DNA of 64,000 nt from Candidatus Saccharimonadales bacterium (lineage in GTDB: Bacteria; Patescibacteriota; Saccharimonadia; QS-5-54-17): positions 326,038 through 390,037 of the forward strand of contig JBBDUI010000002.1 in NCBI GenBank assembly GCA_040903985.1, written 5' to 3'. The notes below the pieces were generated by a model that saw nothing but the letters and a program-made list of their open reading frames with translations, made no database searches and was not told the DNA's origin. A program made the position numbers and the translations under genes. Positions 39,315-49,192 of this stretch are shown piece after piece; positions within the stretch are counted from its first letter, which is position 1; every line of letters begins with the position of its first letter.

Positions 39315-40485
39315 GCGCTGCCTCTAAGGTCCGTTGTTCGGAAAGCTGTAAGGGTTGGTTGGCGTAGTCCTTACCCATCGCCCGAGCTGCCCCCCCAAGC
39401 ACCTCCGATAAACCAACCCCATCTTCAAAACTAAAAACTATCTTCTCGATGTCGGGCAGACACTCTGTAGTTCCGCCACCTACTTTTAACTGAATTGGGC
39501 GCGACCTAGGACTTCCACCCTCCCCTCTTTCCGTCACTATGATGTTGAAACCGTGCTTTGGTACTTGGTGCGTATTGCGCGTGCCGCCCCGATTTGATTT
39601 CTTGGTTACATGGAACCACGGCTCCTCCTCACGCGGTAGAGCGGTACGGATAAAGGAGTCCCTATGTAGGCTAGCCTGATCGATAAAGCGCCGGTAAGCC
39701 AGCACCGAGAACCACTCCAGACATAATCTGCGGGCATGAGTAGCGGTACCGTCTAGCTTTTTACGTAACTCATCCCGCTCTTGACCCTTAGCCCGCATAA
39801 GCCCCTGTCGTATCCGCTCCTCATGTTGATTCAGTTGATTTAAATAAAGTAGAAAATCGTTGATGTAGGCTATCTGTAGATCTTTATGCATCGACCGTAA
39901 CTGTTCCAGTCTGTATGTGCCCGCTTTTGTGGCATCGAACACTCGCAAAAACTGAATGTCGTAGCTATAGCGCAGAGCGTGCTGCGCGTTAACACCGATT
40001 AGATCATCCTTCTCCTGATCTAGAACTCCCTGATACTGAGCTAAAGCCCGGCTCAACATCGAGGCCCGGAAACTACCGTCACTAACGAGCGCCGACTCTT
40101 CGAATAGACACCCGCTCAGCAGCTGGTCATGTGTCGCATACTCCCCACGTTCAGTGCTGGCTTCAGCTCTACGCTGCAGGATCAGTCCGGCCTCGGCTAG
40201 AATCTCGTTAGCTCCAACTAGCTGATTCAAACTACCTAAACGGTAGTAAAAGTTCTTTGCTTCAGTTGAAGAATCTCTACCTGCCTGATCCCAAGTATCA
40301 CCAACGACACCCTCCATACGCTTACTACACTTGTCAGTGGAGCGAGCGATATCCTCGATATCTTTATTACTTTTTATCATCTTAGGATGGCCACTGATGA
40401 AATCTGACCAATAGTCTCGATATGATGAAGCGGCCTCAGAGGCCGCTTCATCATATCCTTCGCTCAACTTTTCGCTAGATTGCAT
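39283..40485 (-). CDS. Hypothetical protein (400 aa, no recognisable domain)
   Basis: Long soluble ORF with no TM helices or known motifs. Confidence 0.5.
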   Translation of the reverse strand: MQSSEKLSEGYDEAASEAASSYRDYWSDFISGHPKMIKSNKDIEDIARSTDKCSKRMEGVVGDTWDQAGRDSSTEAKNFYYRLGSLNQLVGANEILAEAGLILQRRAEASTERGEYATHDQLLSGCLFEESALVSDGSFRASMLSRALAQYQGVLDQEKDDLIGVNAQHALRYSYDIQFLRVFDATKAGTYRLEQLRSMHKDLQIAYINDFLLYLNQLNQHEERIRQGLMRAKGQERDELRKKLDGTATHARRLCLEWFSVLAYRRFIDQASLHRDSFIRTALPREEEPWFHVTKKSNRGGTRNTHQVPKHGFNIIVTERGEGGSPRSRPIQLKVGGGTTECLPDIEKIVFSFEDGVGLSEVLGGAARAMGKDYANQPLQLSEQRTLEAALNPFHDRLAA

Positions 40486-40546
40486 TTAGCTTTCTCCGCC
40501 AGTTTGCTTTTCATTAGCATAATCCAACTACGGGAACGGAGCAAAT

Positions 40547-41848
40547 TTAAGCCATAGTCTCCAATAACTCTCGCGCCACGGCTCGATCATCCCACTCTAT
40601 GCGCTGAGCGTTACCGATTCGGCGATACTTCTGATGCCCGAGACAAAGCAGTGCTACCGTATCATCTGCTCCTGCCAGTGCAAAAGCCCGCGCTATCCCA
40701 TCTCTGCGATCAGCTATCTCTTCCACTTGAGCGGTAGCTGCCGTTCTGGCAGCCTCTACTATCTCTTCTCTGATCACTCTCGGATCACTATCCATTGGCT
40801 CATCATCAGTTACAATTACTACATCACTCAACCGCCCTGCCGCTTCTCCGAGGCCACGATAATCATGAGTCGGAGCACCCCCGAAGACGGTAATGATCCG
40901 GCCCTTAGTTACCGGCCGTAAGTTGCCCAGGACATTCTCAAACGCATCAGGTGTATGGGCGTAATCGACGATAACGGTGAAGTCTTGACCGGTATGAATG
41001 GCCTCCATGCGACCCGGGACCCCGCTGAGCAGCTTTAACCCCGCCTGCACGTCCTCCCAATCAATCTCTAGCCCAAAGGCGACTGTAGCGGCTGCAAGAG
41101 CGTTATAGACGTTAAACTTACCAGGTAACTGCAGGTCGAGCTCCATCATCCGCTCCCCATAACGAATCTTGATATGCGAGGTATCGGAATGCAGTTTAGC
41201 TTTTTCTAGTCGGACGTCAGCCTCCTTCGCGGTGCCATAAGTATAAGCCGCATGGAAAGCGCTCTTACGAAAATAGTCGTACCATTCGTCGTCTCGGTTT
41301 AATACCGTGGCTACTCGAGCCTGACAGAGCAGTTTAGCTTTAGTAGCAGCATACTCCTCGACCGTACCGTGATAGTCCAGGTGGTCGGGGCTGAGATTAG
41401 TCAGTACCGCCGTATGAATCGGTACTCCCCAGGTACGGTACTGGCTTAAAGCGTGCGAGGTGACTTCGAGCACTACCCAATCGACCTGCGCCTCCCGCAT
41501 TCGGCGCAGGAGCTTCTGTAGTGCGAAAGGATTAGTGGTGGTCATATTCAATTCGTTATCCCATGCCTCCTCACCGATACGAAAGTTAGCCGTCGTACTC
41601 ACCCCTACCTTATACCCGGCAGCCCCTAATATACTGGCCAGATAGTTGGCGCTGGTTGTCTTACCATTCGTACCAGTTATGCCGATAACTTTTAGGCCCC
41701 GAGCCGGAAAACCATAGATTAAATTTGCCAGCAGCGCTCGCGAGAAATGATACGGGCGTAAGATCGGTTTAACGAGTGAGCTGGGTAGGAGACTTTTTAT
41801 GAGTTTTTTCATCTTCTTAAGTATGCCATCTCCGTCCCAGCTACTCAA
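40547..41848 (-). CDS. murE: Mur ligase (UDP-N-acetylmuramoyl-tripeptide synthetase, MurE-like)
   Basis: P-loop VIGITGTNGKTTSANYLASIL and the MurE-type DYAHTPDAFENVL motif. Confidence 0.8.
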   Translation of the reverse strand: MSSWDGDGILKKMKKLIKSLLPSSLVKPILRPYHFSRALLANLIYGFPARGLKVIGITGTNGKTTSANYLASILGAAGYKVGVSTTANFRIGEEAWDNELNMTTTNPFALQKLLRRMREAQVDWVVLEVTSHALSQYRTWGVPIHTAVLTNLSPDHLDYHGTVEEYAATKAKLLCQARVATVLNRDDEWYDYFRKSAFHAAYTYGTAKEADVRLEKAKLHSDTSHIKIRYGERMMELDLQLPGKFNVYNALAAATVAFGLEIDWEDVQAGLKLLSGVPGRMEAIHTGQDFTVIVDYAHTPDAFENVLGNLRPVTKGRIITVFGGAPTHDYRGLGEAAGRLSDVVIVTDDEPMDSDPRVIREEIVEAARTAATAQVEEIADRRDGIARAFALAGADDTVALLCLGHQKYRRIGNAQRIEWDDRAVARELLETMA

Positions 41849-42591
41849 TTCGCGCGAGCTGGCTCCATTAACCTCAGGGTAGGATTATCACCATCTGGTC
41901 GAAACAAGTCACGACCAACCTGCGCACCAATTCGCACTATCATCCTGGGTATCTGCTCTCCTTCTGCGACTAACTCATCCGGTGCATCTGCTGCCGGCAC
42001 AAATGGCTCAGCATCTAGCACGTAGATGTAGCCAGCGGTAAATATCTCCTCTGGATGCTCCACGATGTAGTCAAATACTGCCTTACTATCAACTCCGATG
42101 TATGGTGCCGCCGGCTTATCACTTACTTGGCTCACGCCGAAAGACGTCACAAAGCTGTCGAAACCGCGTTGGCGCAGAGCTTTCCGGTTCATCAAGGCGT
42201 ACGGGATAACCGCCACCGAATTATCTGTAGCGTAAACCCCATACCTCTGCCCGGACTCTCGCCGTACATCGTGACCTTGATAAGGAGTCAGGGTACGGTG
42301 AAGCTGCTCTGACCCAGGGTTAGAACCGTGCAATAGATATCCCTTCCCTACCAGCTCGGTGAGCGACTCTCGCACCTCAGCATAAGATAAGGCTGTCCAG
42401 TCGTACACTTCAGGAACACTGGTACGCTCGGGAGTATCGGCAACTAAGCTTGGACCGGTATCTTCCCTGGAGCCACTCGGTAGATCATCCATAAGTTCTA
42501 TACTAATCTCAGCTAAGGAATGGGCTACCCGCTCACTACCGCGGCCCGATCGAGCTTCCTCTACTGGAGTGTGCAGCGACTGCTCGCGCAT
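41845..42591 (-). CDS. Hypothetical protein
   Basis: 248 aa. The ATGA overlap with murE suggests an operon. Confidence 0.45.
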   Translation of the reverse strand: MREQSLHTPVEEARSGRGSERVAHSLAEISIELMDDLPSGSREDTGPSLVADTPERTSVPEVYDWTALSYAEVRESLTELVGKGYLLHGSNPGSEQLHRTLTPYQGHDVRRESGQRYGVYATDNSVAVIPYALMNRKALRQRGFDSFVTSFGVSQVSDKPAAPYIGVDSKAVFDYIVEHPEEIFTAGYIYVLDAEPFVPAADAPDELVAEGEQIPRMIVRIGAQVGRDLFRPDGDNPTLRLMEPARAN

Positions 42592-42740
42592 GGTTACTTC
42601 CCTTCTTTTGAATGTTTTTATTTTTTTCTATGTAGCTTTCTTATGTAACTATCTGCATATCATAGCATGAATTGGCCCAATTTACAAGGGTAGGGTTACG
42701 ACATGGCGTTGTGAATAAAGACTTTGATACTATAGATAGC

Positions 42741-43817
42741 ATGAATATCCTCGGGGTTGAGACTAGTTGTGACGAAACGGCGGCGGCCGTCGTGACCGAC
42801 GGCACTACTCTACTTTCGCACGTAGTCGTCAGTCAGATCGATATCCACCGCGAGTTTGGAGGAGTGGTCCCAGAGATAGCCTCCCGAAGCCATATAGAAG
42901 TTATTCTACCCGTCATTAGTAAGGCTTTAGACGATGCCCGCCTAGACTGGGAGGAGATCGATGGAATCGCCGTGACTTTCGGCCCCGGTCTATCTGGTAG
43001 CCTCCTCATCGGCTCCCTGACCGCTCGCACCCTAGCCCTGCTCAAGCATAAACCTCTCTATCCCATCCATCACGTGGAAGCTCACACCTATGCTAACTTC
43101 ATCATTAGAGTGAAAGATGAGGCCGCTACCGGTTTAAGGGTCGATGATCTTCCATCACGTGAACCTAGCTTTCCCCTCCTGTCCTTAACCGTCTCCGGGG
43201 GGCATTCTCAACTCGTACTATTTCAGGCTCACGGTGATTACCGCTTACTGGGGCAGACTCAGGATGATGCCGTAGGAGAGGCTTTCGATAAAGTGGCTAA
43301 GGTGCTGGGGCTAGAGTACCCGGGTGGACCCGCGATCGCACAAGCCGCTAAAGCGGGTGATCCCAAGGCTTACAAATTTCCTATCAGTAAACTAGATAAT
43401 CCATATGATTTTAGTTTTTCCGGATTAAAGACAGCTGTACTGCGCCACCTACAAAATCTAATCGGCGAAGACTTCAACTATCCCTCCCACCAGATAGCGA
43501 TGCGGCTCAGTCCCCAGCAAATAAACGATACGGCAGCCAGTTTCCAGCTGGTAGCAGTCCAAACTCTGGTAGATAAGACAGTGATGGCCCAACGAGAATA
43601 TACTCCGAGAACAGTAGTTATAGCTGGCGGGGTAGCTGCCAATCAAGAGCTACGCCATCAGCTTAGAGAGAAGCTACCGGTCGAGATCGAGTATGCCCCC
43701 AGTAGTCTATGCACTGATAACGCCGCTATGATTGCTGCGCTTGGTTACTACAAATCGCGGCAGACTGAGTCGGTCGACCCTTATAACCTGGAAATTGCTC
43801 CTAGCTTGAGCATGTAA
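42741..43817 (+). CDS. tsaD: tRNA N6-adenosine threonylcarbamoyltransferase TsaD (Kae1/Gcp)
   Basis: MNILGVETSCDETAAAVV and the His pair HVEAH. Start moved to MNILG (42741), since the tracked ORF has a 23-codon non-homologous lead-in. Confidence 0.9.
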   Translation: MNILGVETSCDETAAAVVTDGTTLLSHVVVSQIDIHREFGGVVPEIASRSHIEVILPVISKALDDARLDWEEIDGIAVTFGPGLSGSLLIGSLTARTLALLKHKPLYPIHHVEAHTYANFIIRVKDEAATGLRVDDLPSREPSFPLLSLTVSGGHSQLVLFQAHGDYRLLGQTQDDAVGEAFDKVAKVLGLEYPGGPAIAQAAKAGDPKAYKFPISKLDNPYDFSFSGLKTAVLRHLQNLIGEDFNYPSHQIAMRLSPQQINDTAASFQLVAVQTLVDKTVMAQREYTPRTVVIAGGVAANQELRHQLREKLPVEIEYAPSSLCTDNAAMIAALGYYKSRQTESVDPYNLEIAPSLSM

Positions 43818-43819
43818 GC

Positions 43820-43833
43820 GTTTCACGTGAAAC
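43820..43833. promoter_or_regulatory. Perfect 14-bp palindrome GTTTCACGTGAAAC (copy 1), candidate dimeric regulator site
   Basis: Exact palindrome centred on CACGTG, 3 nt after the tsaD stop. An identical copy sits at 43980-43993, and a related ATCACGTGACTTC at ~44138 upstream of valS. Confidence 0.35.
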
Positions 43834-43979
43834 TATGCGTTCTGCTACTGAGCTGTTGCTTAGTCTAACGTTCATGGTAAAATCTAACCAGACAAACAAA
43901 AACGTCCGTTGCTTAGGGAGCTTTAAAAATATGGAGGTTTGAGTCGCGAGAGTACTACTTAAGTACCTTACGCCAGACC

Positions 43980-43993
43980 GTTTCACGTGAAAC
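43980..43993. promoter_or_regulatory. Perfect 14-bp palindrome GTTTCACGTGAAAC (copy 2)
   Basis: Identical to copy 1. Its 3' half is also the 5' arm of the following terminator stem. Confidence 0.35.
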
Positions 43994-44022
43994 ACCCTCG
44001 CTTTAGCGAGGGTGTTTCTTTT
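43989..44022 (+). terminator. Intrinsic terminator
   Basis: GAAACACCCUCGC-UUUA-GCGAGGGUGUUUC (13 bp stem) followed by UUUUAC. Confidence 0.7.
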
Positions 44023-44206
44023 ACGAGCTCATTATAAACCTAGCTTGTCCTAGCTATAGGCTATGCCGTAGCCTACTGGCACTAAGGTACGGGTGAGGGG
44101 AGTGAGTATTTATCTACAGATATTTAACCCTTATATATCACGTGACTTCTACTAAAGTATCCGCTCTAGTAGAAAAATACCAATTATCTCCTATACTTAT
44201 ATCCAT

Positions 44207-46738
44207 ATGGCCCTAGAGAAGAACTACGAACCACAGCAGCATGAAGCCGACATCTACCACCGTTGGGAGGAGTCCGGGGCCTTTCAGCCTCAGGGATCGG
44301 GAGAGCCTTACACCATCATCATGCCGCCGCCCAATGCCAACGGTTCACTCCATGCTGGGCACGCCAGTGGTTATACACTCGAGGACGTACTAATTCGCTA
44401 TCACCGCATGCAGGGCCGCCGTACTCTGTGGCTGCCCGGTACCGATCATGCCGGCATCGAGACGCAGTTCGTCTATGAGCGTGAACTAGCTAAGGCGGGC
44501 AAGGATCGTTTCGACCTCGGGCCAGAGAAGTTCTACGCCGCCGTCATGGAATTTACTCAAGCCTCCCAAGGCAACATGCTAGCTCAGATGCGGGCGATGG
44601 GCTGGAGCGCTGACTGGAGTAAGCTGAAGTTCACACTCGACGAGGATATCATCGGTACCGTCTACGATACTTTTATCCAAATGCACCGAGACGGACTGGT
44701 CTATCGGGGTAATCGTATCGTTAACTGGTGTCCGCGGTGCAGCGCCGCTTTCGCCGATATCGAGCTAGACCACGTCGACCAAGAGGGCAAACTCTACACC
44801 TTGGACTACGGCTCGATTCAGATCGCTACCACCCGTCCCGAAACCATCTTTGCCGATACTGCGGTGGCGGTCCACCCAGAGGATGAGCGCTACCGAGACC
44901 TAGTAGGGCAGACCGCTACCGTACCCCTAGTAGAGCGACCGGTAGCCATTATCGCCGATAAGTACGTCGACCCTGGTGCCGGTACTGGTGCGTTAAAGGT
45001 GACGCCCGGCCATGACCCAAACGATTATGAGATCGGCGTGCGCCACCAACTAGCTGAGATCAGCGTGATCGATCCGGAGGGTAAACTGATCAATGTACCG
45101 GAAGAGTTTGCCGGGTTAGATGTGGGGGAGGGTAGGTTCGCCGTAGTAGCTGCTCTGGAGAAAGCCGGCAAACTACTCAAACAACAATCCATCCAGCATG
45201 CAGTCGCCATTCACGACCGTTGTGGAACCACTATTGAGCCCTTGATCTCGGAGCAGTGGTTCTTACGTGTCGGCGAGCTGAACCGCACGACCATCAAAGC
45301 CATCGAAACCGACGCGATCACCATCGTACCGCAGCGTTTTAAGAAAATCGCTCTCAATTGGCTGGAGCAGGAACACGACTGGTGTATCTCCCGACAGATA
45401 TGGTGGGGAATACGCATTCCGGTCTTTTATAAGACCTCCAATGATCCGGATAAAGAGCCCTATCTGGTAGCTAAGACCGAAGCTGAGGCTACGGCCTACT
45501 ACGGTAGTAACAACTATCGGGCCGAAACCGACACCTTCGATACCTGGTTCTCTTCCGGTCAGTGGCCTTACGCTACCTTAATGGCTCACGACCTAGAGAA
45601 TGAGTTCTACCCCACTACAGTCATGGCGACTGCTCGCGAGATTCTCCATAAATGGGTCACCCGAATGATAATGTTTGGCCTCTATCGTACCGGTGAAGTA
45701 CCGTTTAAGAGTGTCTACCTCTGGGGATTAGTGACCGACGAAGCGGGGCAGAAGATGAGTAAGAGTAAAGGGAACGTACTCGACCCGCTCGAACTCAGTC
45801 AGCGTTACGGCACCGATGCGCTCCGCATGACCATGGTGGTGAAGAATACCCCCGGTAACGACAGTCCCTTAAGCGAAAAGCAGGTCGAGGCTTACCGCAA
45901 CTTCTGCAACAAACTCTGGAACGTTTCGCGCTACACCTTGACCCAGCTAGGTAATACAGCAGCTAAGCCCCCGGTAGCTGTGACACTGGCAGACCGCTGG
46001 ATATACAGTCGCTTGCAGGCGGTTACGGCTGAAATCGACCGATTAGTCGCAGCTTATCGCCTCGATGAGGCAGCTCAAGCCATTTATCACCTACTCTGGA
46101 GTGACTTTGCCGACTGGTACCTCGAAGCGCATAAGCTAGAACAAAACCACGCCATGTTGTCATACGGTCTCGAGACTATCCTTAAACTGGCTCACCCTAT
46201 AGTTCCATTCATCACCGAGGCTATCTGGGGCGAACTACCGGGCTCGCGTGACCCCTTGATCACTACCTCTTGGCCCCACCCTGAGCGCATCGATCAGAAG
46301 TCTATAAGTGAGTTTAATCAGCTACAGTCGCTCATCTCACAAATTCGCACAGTCATCGCTGAAACCGGAGAAACTGCTCCTAACCTCTACTATCGAGAGG
46401 CCGACCTACTGGACGATAACGCCGCCCTAGTGAGCAAACTGGCCGGGCTAGAAAGCTGCACCCGCGTAACCGATGGGCGAGGACTGCCGATACCGGGCAC
46501 TCCCATCGCCTGCTGGCTCGATGTAGATGAGCACACTATCGCTCGTTATCGCCAAAAACTAGAAGCTAGCCTAAAAGAGACGCAAGCGCAGGTTGCTGGC
46601 TTTGAGTCAAAGCTAGATAATAAGGCCTACAGGCGCAATGCACCCAAAGAGATAGTCAAGGAGACGCGAGTACGGCTAAAGGCTGCTCAGATGCGCTTAC
46701 AAACACTCTCAGAGCAACTTAAAGATCTGGATCAATAG
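44207..46738 (+). CDS. valS: Valine--tRNA ligase
   Basis: HIGH motif PPPNANGSLHAGHASGYTLEDVLIRY and KMSKS motif KMSKSKGN. Editing domain and C-terminal coiled coil present. Confidence 0.95.
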   Translation: MALEKNYEPQQHEADIYHRWEESGAFQPQGSGEPYTIIMPPPNANGSLHAGHASGYTLEDVLIRYHRMQGRRTLWLPGTDHAGIETQFVYERELAKAGKDRFDLGPEKFYAAVMEFTQASQGNMLAQMRAMGWSADWSKLKFTLDEDIIGTVYDTFIQMHRDGLVYRGNRIVNWCPRCSAAFADIELDHVDQEGKLYTLDYGSIQIATTRPETIFADTAVAVHPEDERYRDLVGQTATVPLVERPVAIIADKYVDPGAGTGALKVTPGHDPNDYEIGVRHQLAEISVIDPEGKLINVPEEFAGLDVGEGRFAVVAALEKAGKLLKQQSIQHAVAIHDRCGTTIEPLISEQWFLRVGELNRTTIKAIETDAITIVPQRFKKIALNWLEQEHDWCISRQIWWGIRIPVFYKTSNDPDKEPYLVAKTEAEATAYYGSNNYRAETDTFDTWFSSGQWPYATLMAHDLENEFYPTTVMATAREILHKWVTRMIMFGLYRTGEVPFKSVYLWGLVTDEAGQKMSKSKGNVLDPLELSQRYGTDALRMTMVVKNTPGNDSPLSEKQVEAYRNFCNKLWNVSRYTLTQLGNTAAKPPVAVTLADRWIYSRLQAVTAEIDRLVAAYRLDEAAQAIYHLLWSDFADWYLEAHKLEQNHAMLSYGLETILKLAHPIVPFITEAIWGELPGSRDPLITTSWPHPERIDQKSISEFNQLQSLISQIRTVIAETGETAPNLYYREADLLDDNAALVSKLAGLESCTRVTDGRGLPIPGTPIACWLDVDEHTIARYRQKLEASLKETQAQVAGFESKLDNKAYRRNAPKEIVKETRVRLKAAQMRLQTLSEQLKDLDQ

Positions 46739-47286
46739 CCCCAAGCATCCACTACGCGTGCTATCACCAACGACTCAGCATGTTTTCGAACGTGATCCGG
46801 AGTGTCTCGATACAACATCCGGGTGCGATACTTGTACACGCAAAGCTCACGAGCTAGCTCTAACGTCACTCCTAGAAGCATCTCAATCTCAGCTTGACGA
46901 TCATCTGGCACCTCTGGCGGCTCATGCAAACCATAGAGTAACCAGCGACCACCGGGCTGTTCTAGGTAGTAGATAATATCGGCAATCTCCAGTGCCTTAT
47001 CGGCTGTAAGCCCTGGTTCATCCCGGTCTTTCGCCAACCGACGCTGCTCGATAAGCTCCCACATCTCTCCCGGCTTATCGACAGCGGTAGAGAATAACTT
47101 AGCGTAGACTTCACCCTGAGAACACGGCTTAATCCGCCCCCTATGAGCATCCATCTCTGGATGCAGAGTGTCATGGATATAGGCCACTACGCTTTCAGCC
47201 TGCGCTAATTCAAATCGTATCGACTCATAAAGCGCATCGGTAGCCGACATTTCAGCTGTGATTATTGTCTTGCCTTGCTCACCCAT
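46732..47286 (-). CDS. Hypothetical protein (possibly MazG-like NTP pyrophosphohydrolase fold)
   Basis: 184 aa. KALEIADIIYYLEQ weakly resembles the MazG EE-x-D motif. Tentative. Confidence 0.4.
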   Translation of the reverse strand: MGEQGKTIITAEMSATDALYESIRFELAQAESVVAYIHDTLHPEMDAHRGRIKPCSQGEVYAKLFSTAVDKPGEMWELIEQRRLAKDRDEPGLTADKALEIADIIYYLEQPGGRWLLYGLHEPPEVPDDRQAEIEMLLGVTLELARELCVYKYRTRMLYRDTPDHVRKHAESLVIARVVDAWGY

Positions 47287-47315
47287 TACTACAACTATAC
47301 CATCGCTAAGTCGAA

Positions 47316-48152
47316 TTAAGCGGTAAAGTGTCGGGCTACGATACGTTTGATACTGGCCTGCGGGTCATACTCGTCGAACCATTCGGCTTGCCAGCCAAAG
47401 CTCTGGGCGGCCGCAACGTTTACCTTTGAATCATCGATAAATAGGATATCGCCCGGCTGCGCCCTAGCTGCTTGCGTAGCTATATCATAGATGGCCGAAT
47501 CCGGCTTGGTTACCCCCAGATCGCACGACTGTACTACCGCCTTATACTTCAAACTGGGTACTAGTTTGCGCTCTATGTACTCGCTGTAGGCTCCTTTACC
47601 GATATTGGTCAGTAGTCCGATCGGATAACTACGACTCATGGCTGCGATAAAAGTATGGGTCGGCAAGATTGGCCGCATATCATCAACCCAGGACTGCAGC
47701 GCCGCCTCACGACCAGCTCCGCTTGGATCAAGCTTCAACTTCAGCATGCAAAGCAGCTGAAATTCCTCGAAGTCCATCTCGCCACGACAGGTAGGACCCA
47801 GATACTCATAAAATAGCTTCAACACTTGGTCGTATGGTCGATTGATCCGTTCGGCGTAAGCCTGGACACTGGGTAGCCAGTGCACTAATACACCGCCCAC
47901 ATCAAAGTAGACGAACTTGATGCTGTCGCTTAGGGCGATCTTCAGTTTAGGTAATGTCAGTAAATCGGCCGCCGTACAGTGCAATGCATCGGCTAAATTG
48001 TGTACAGCCGTAACGGAAGGGGAGGGAATCTGTCCTTGCTCCAATTTAGTCAAAGTGGAATAGGCAACTCCTGAGCGGCGAGCCAACTCAGTCTGGGTAA
48101 AGCCGGCCGATTTACGTTCTTTCTTGAGTGCTTTTGGATCGAGCTGCGACAC
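47316..48152 (-). CDS. Fusion protein: N-terminal XRE-family HTH plus C-terminal HAD-superfamily hydrolase domain
   Basis: HTH ERKSAGFTQTELARRSGVAYSTLTKLEQG. HAD motif I FDVGGVL and motif IV ILFIDDSKVNV. Confidence 0.6.
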   Translation of the reverse strand: MSQLDPKALKKERKSAGFTQTELARRSGVAYSTLTKLEQGQIPSPSVTAVHNLADALHCTAADLLTLPKLKIALSDSIKFVYFDVGGVLVHWLPSVQAYAERINRPYDQVLKLFYEYLGPTCRGEMDFEEFQLLCMLKLKLDPSGAGREAALQSWVDDMRPILPTHTFIAAMSRSYPIGLLTNIGKGAYSEYIERKLVPSLKYKAVVQSCDLGVTKPDSAIYDIATQAARAQPGDILFIDDSKVNVAAAQSFGWQAEWFDEYDPQASIKRIVARHFTA

Positions 48153-48535
48153 TAGCTTGTTAACACCTGATGCGTAGAGATTAACTCCGCTTCTGTTACC
48201 TTCTCGGTATGCTGAAGCTGGATCTTACCCGGACCCTCCATCGGGATCAGATGTACATGAGCGTGCGGCACATCAAAACCATAGACCACTAGACCTACCC
48301 GCTTGGGATTAAGCTTCTCTTTCAGGAGCCGGGCCATCTTATGCACTGTCGTCATCACGGCCTGATACATGTCTGGCTCTAAATCCTGCAGTTCATCAAC
48401 TTCTAGCTTGGGCACAACCAGTAAGTGCCCCTCGCTGACCGGTCGAATATCAAGGAAGGCAAGCGTCATCTCATCTTCATAGACAATGTGTGCCGGAATC
48501 TCCCGCTGAATAATCTTGGTGAATATACTCGACAT
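48152..48535 (-). CDS. HIT-family (histidine triad) nucleotide hydrolase
   Basis: Histidine triad HAHVHLIP. N-terminus MSSIFTKIIQREIPAHIVYEDEMTLAFLD. Confidence 0.85.
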   Translation of the reverse strand: MSSIFTKIIQREIPAHIVYEDEMTLAFLDIRPVSEGHLLVVPKLEVDELQDLEPDMYQAVMTTVHKMARLLKEKLNPKRVGLVVYGFDVPHAHVHLIPMEGPGKIQLQHTEKVTEAELISTHQVLTS

Positions 48536-48642
48536 GGCTTCTATTATAGCAAGATATGGCTAGTTATCACCTACCGGTTCGCTCTCCTGATAGGATTTAA
48601 GCTTGGTGAGATCGCTTAGTTTAGTATAAAGTAGCTAACCTA

Positions 48643-49023
48643 ATGGAAACTAACGACTCACACTTGGAAATCGACCCCCGACAAGACGCCCTGGAAGAAG
48701 TAGCATTTATAGTCTGGCAGTTTGCTGCGGCCTGGCAGCAAGTGTCGTTTCATGACGATATGAAGCCAGTCAGACAGCCTAGTCATGATGAGCGCCTCAA
48801 AGCAGCTGAGTTGATGTATGACTTTGACTTAACCGCTGATGAGGTAGATGCGCAGGCCCGAAGCTTTTATCAGGAAACCGTCGAGATACTCTATCCGACA
48901 GATGGCTTAGACCCTATTCAGAGAGAACTAACACTGGACCAGCGCGATCGCCAGTATCTCAATGCACTATGGTCTATAAATGGAGCGATACGTACACGTA
49001 TACTCCAGGAGCGAGAAGCATAA
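48643..49023 (+). CDS. Hypothetical protein
   Basis: 126 aa acidic ORF. Confidence 0.4.
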   Translation: METNDSHLEIDPRQDALEEVAFIVWQFAAAWQQVSFHDDMKPVRQPSHDERLKAAELMYDFDLTADEVDAQARSFYQETVEILYPTDGLDPIQRELTLDQRDRQYLNALWSINGAIRTRILQEREA

Positions 49024-49045
49024 ATTAAAGAGTCGAGCACCACAG

Positions 49046-49133
49046 CGGAGGGAGTGGGATTCGAACCCACGATTCCGGGTTACGGAATACTGCTTTTCGA
49101 GAGCAGCGCCTTCAGCCGCTCGGCCATCCCTCC
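49046..49133 (-). tRNA. tRNA-Ser (anticodon CGA)
   Basis: Reverse complement GGAGGGAUGGCCGAGCGG... with anticodon stem CUGCU/AGCAG, loop CUCGAAA, long variable arm, and T-arm GUGGGUUCGAAUCCCAC. Confidence 0.8.
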
Positions 49134-49192
49134 GCTCTAATGCTTACAACCTACAGTTTAAAAGCAAACGAACTTAAAGTCGAAACCTTAAA

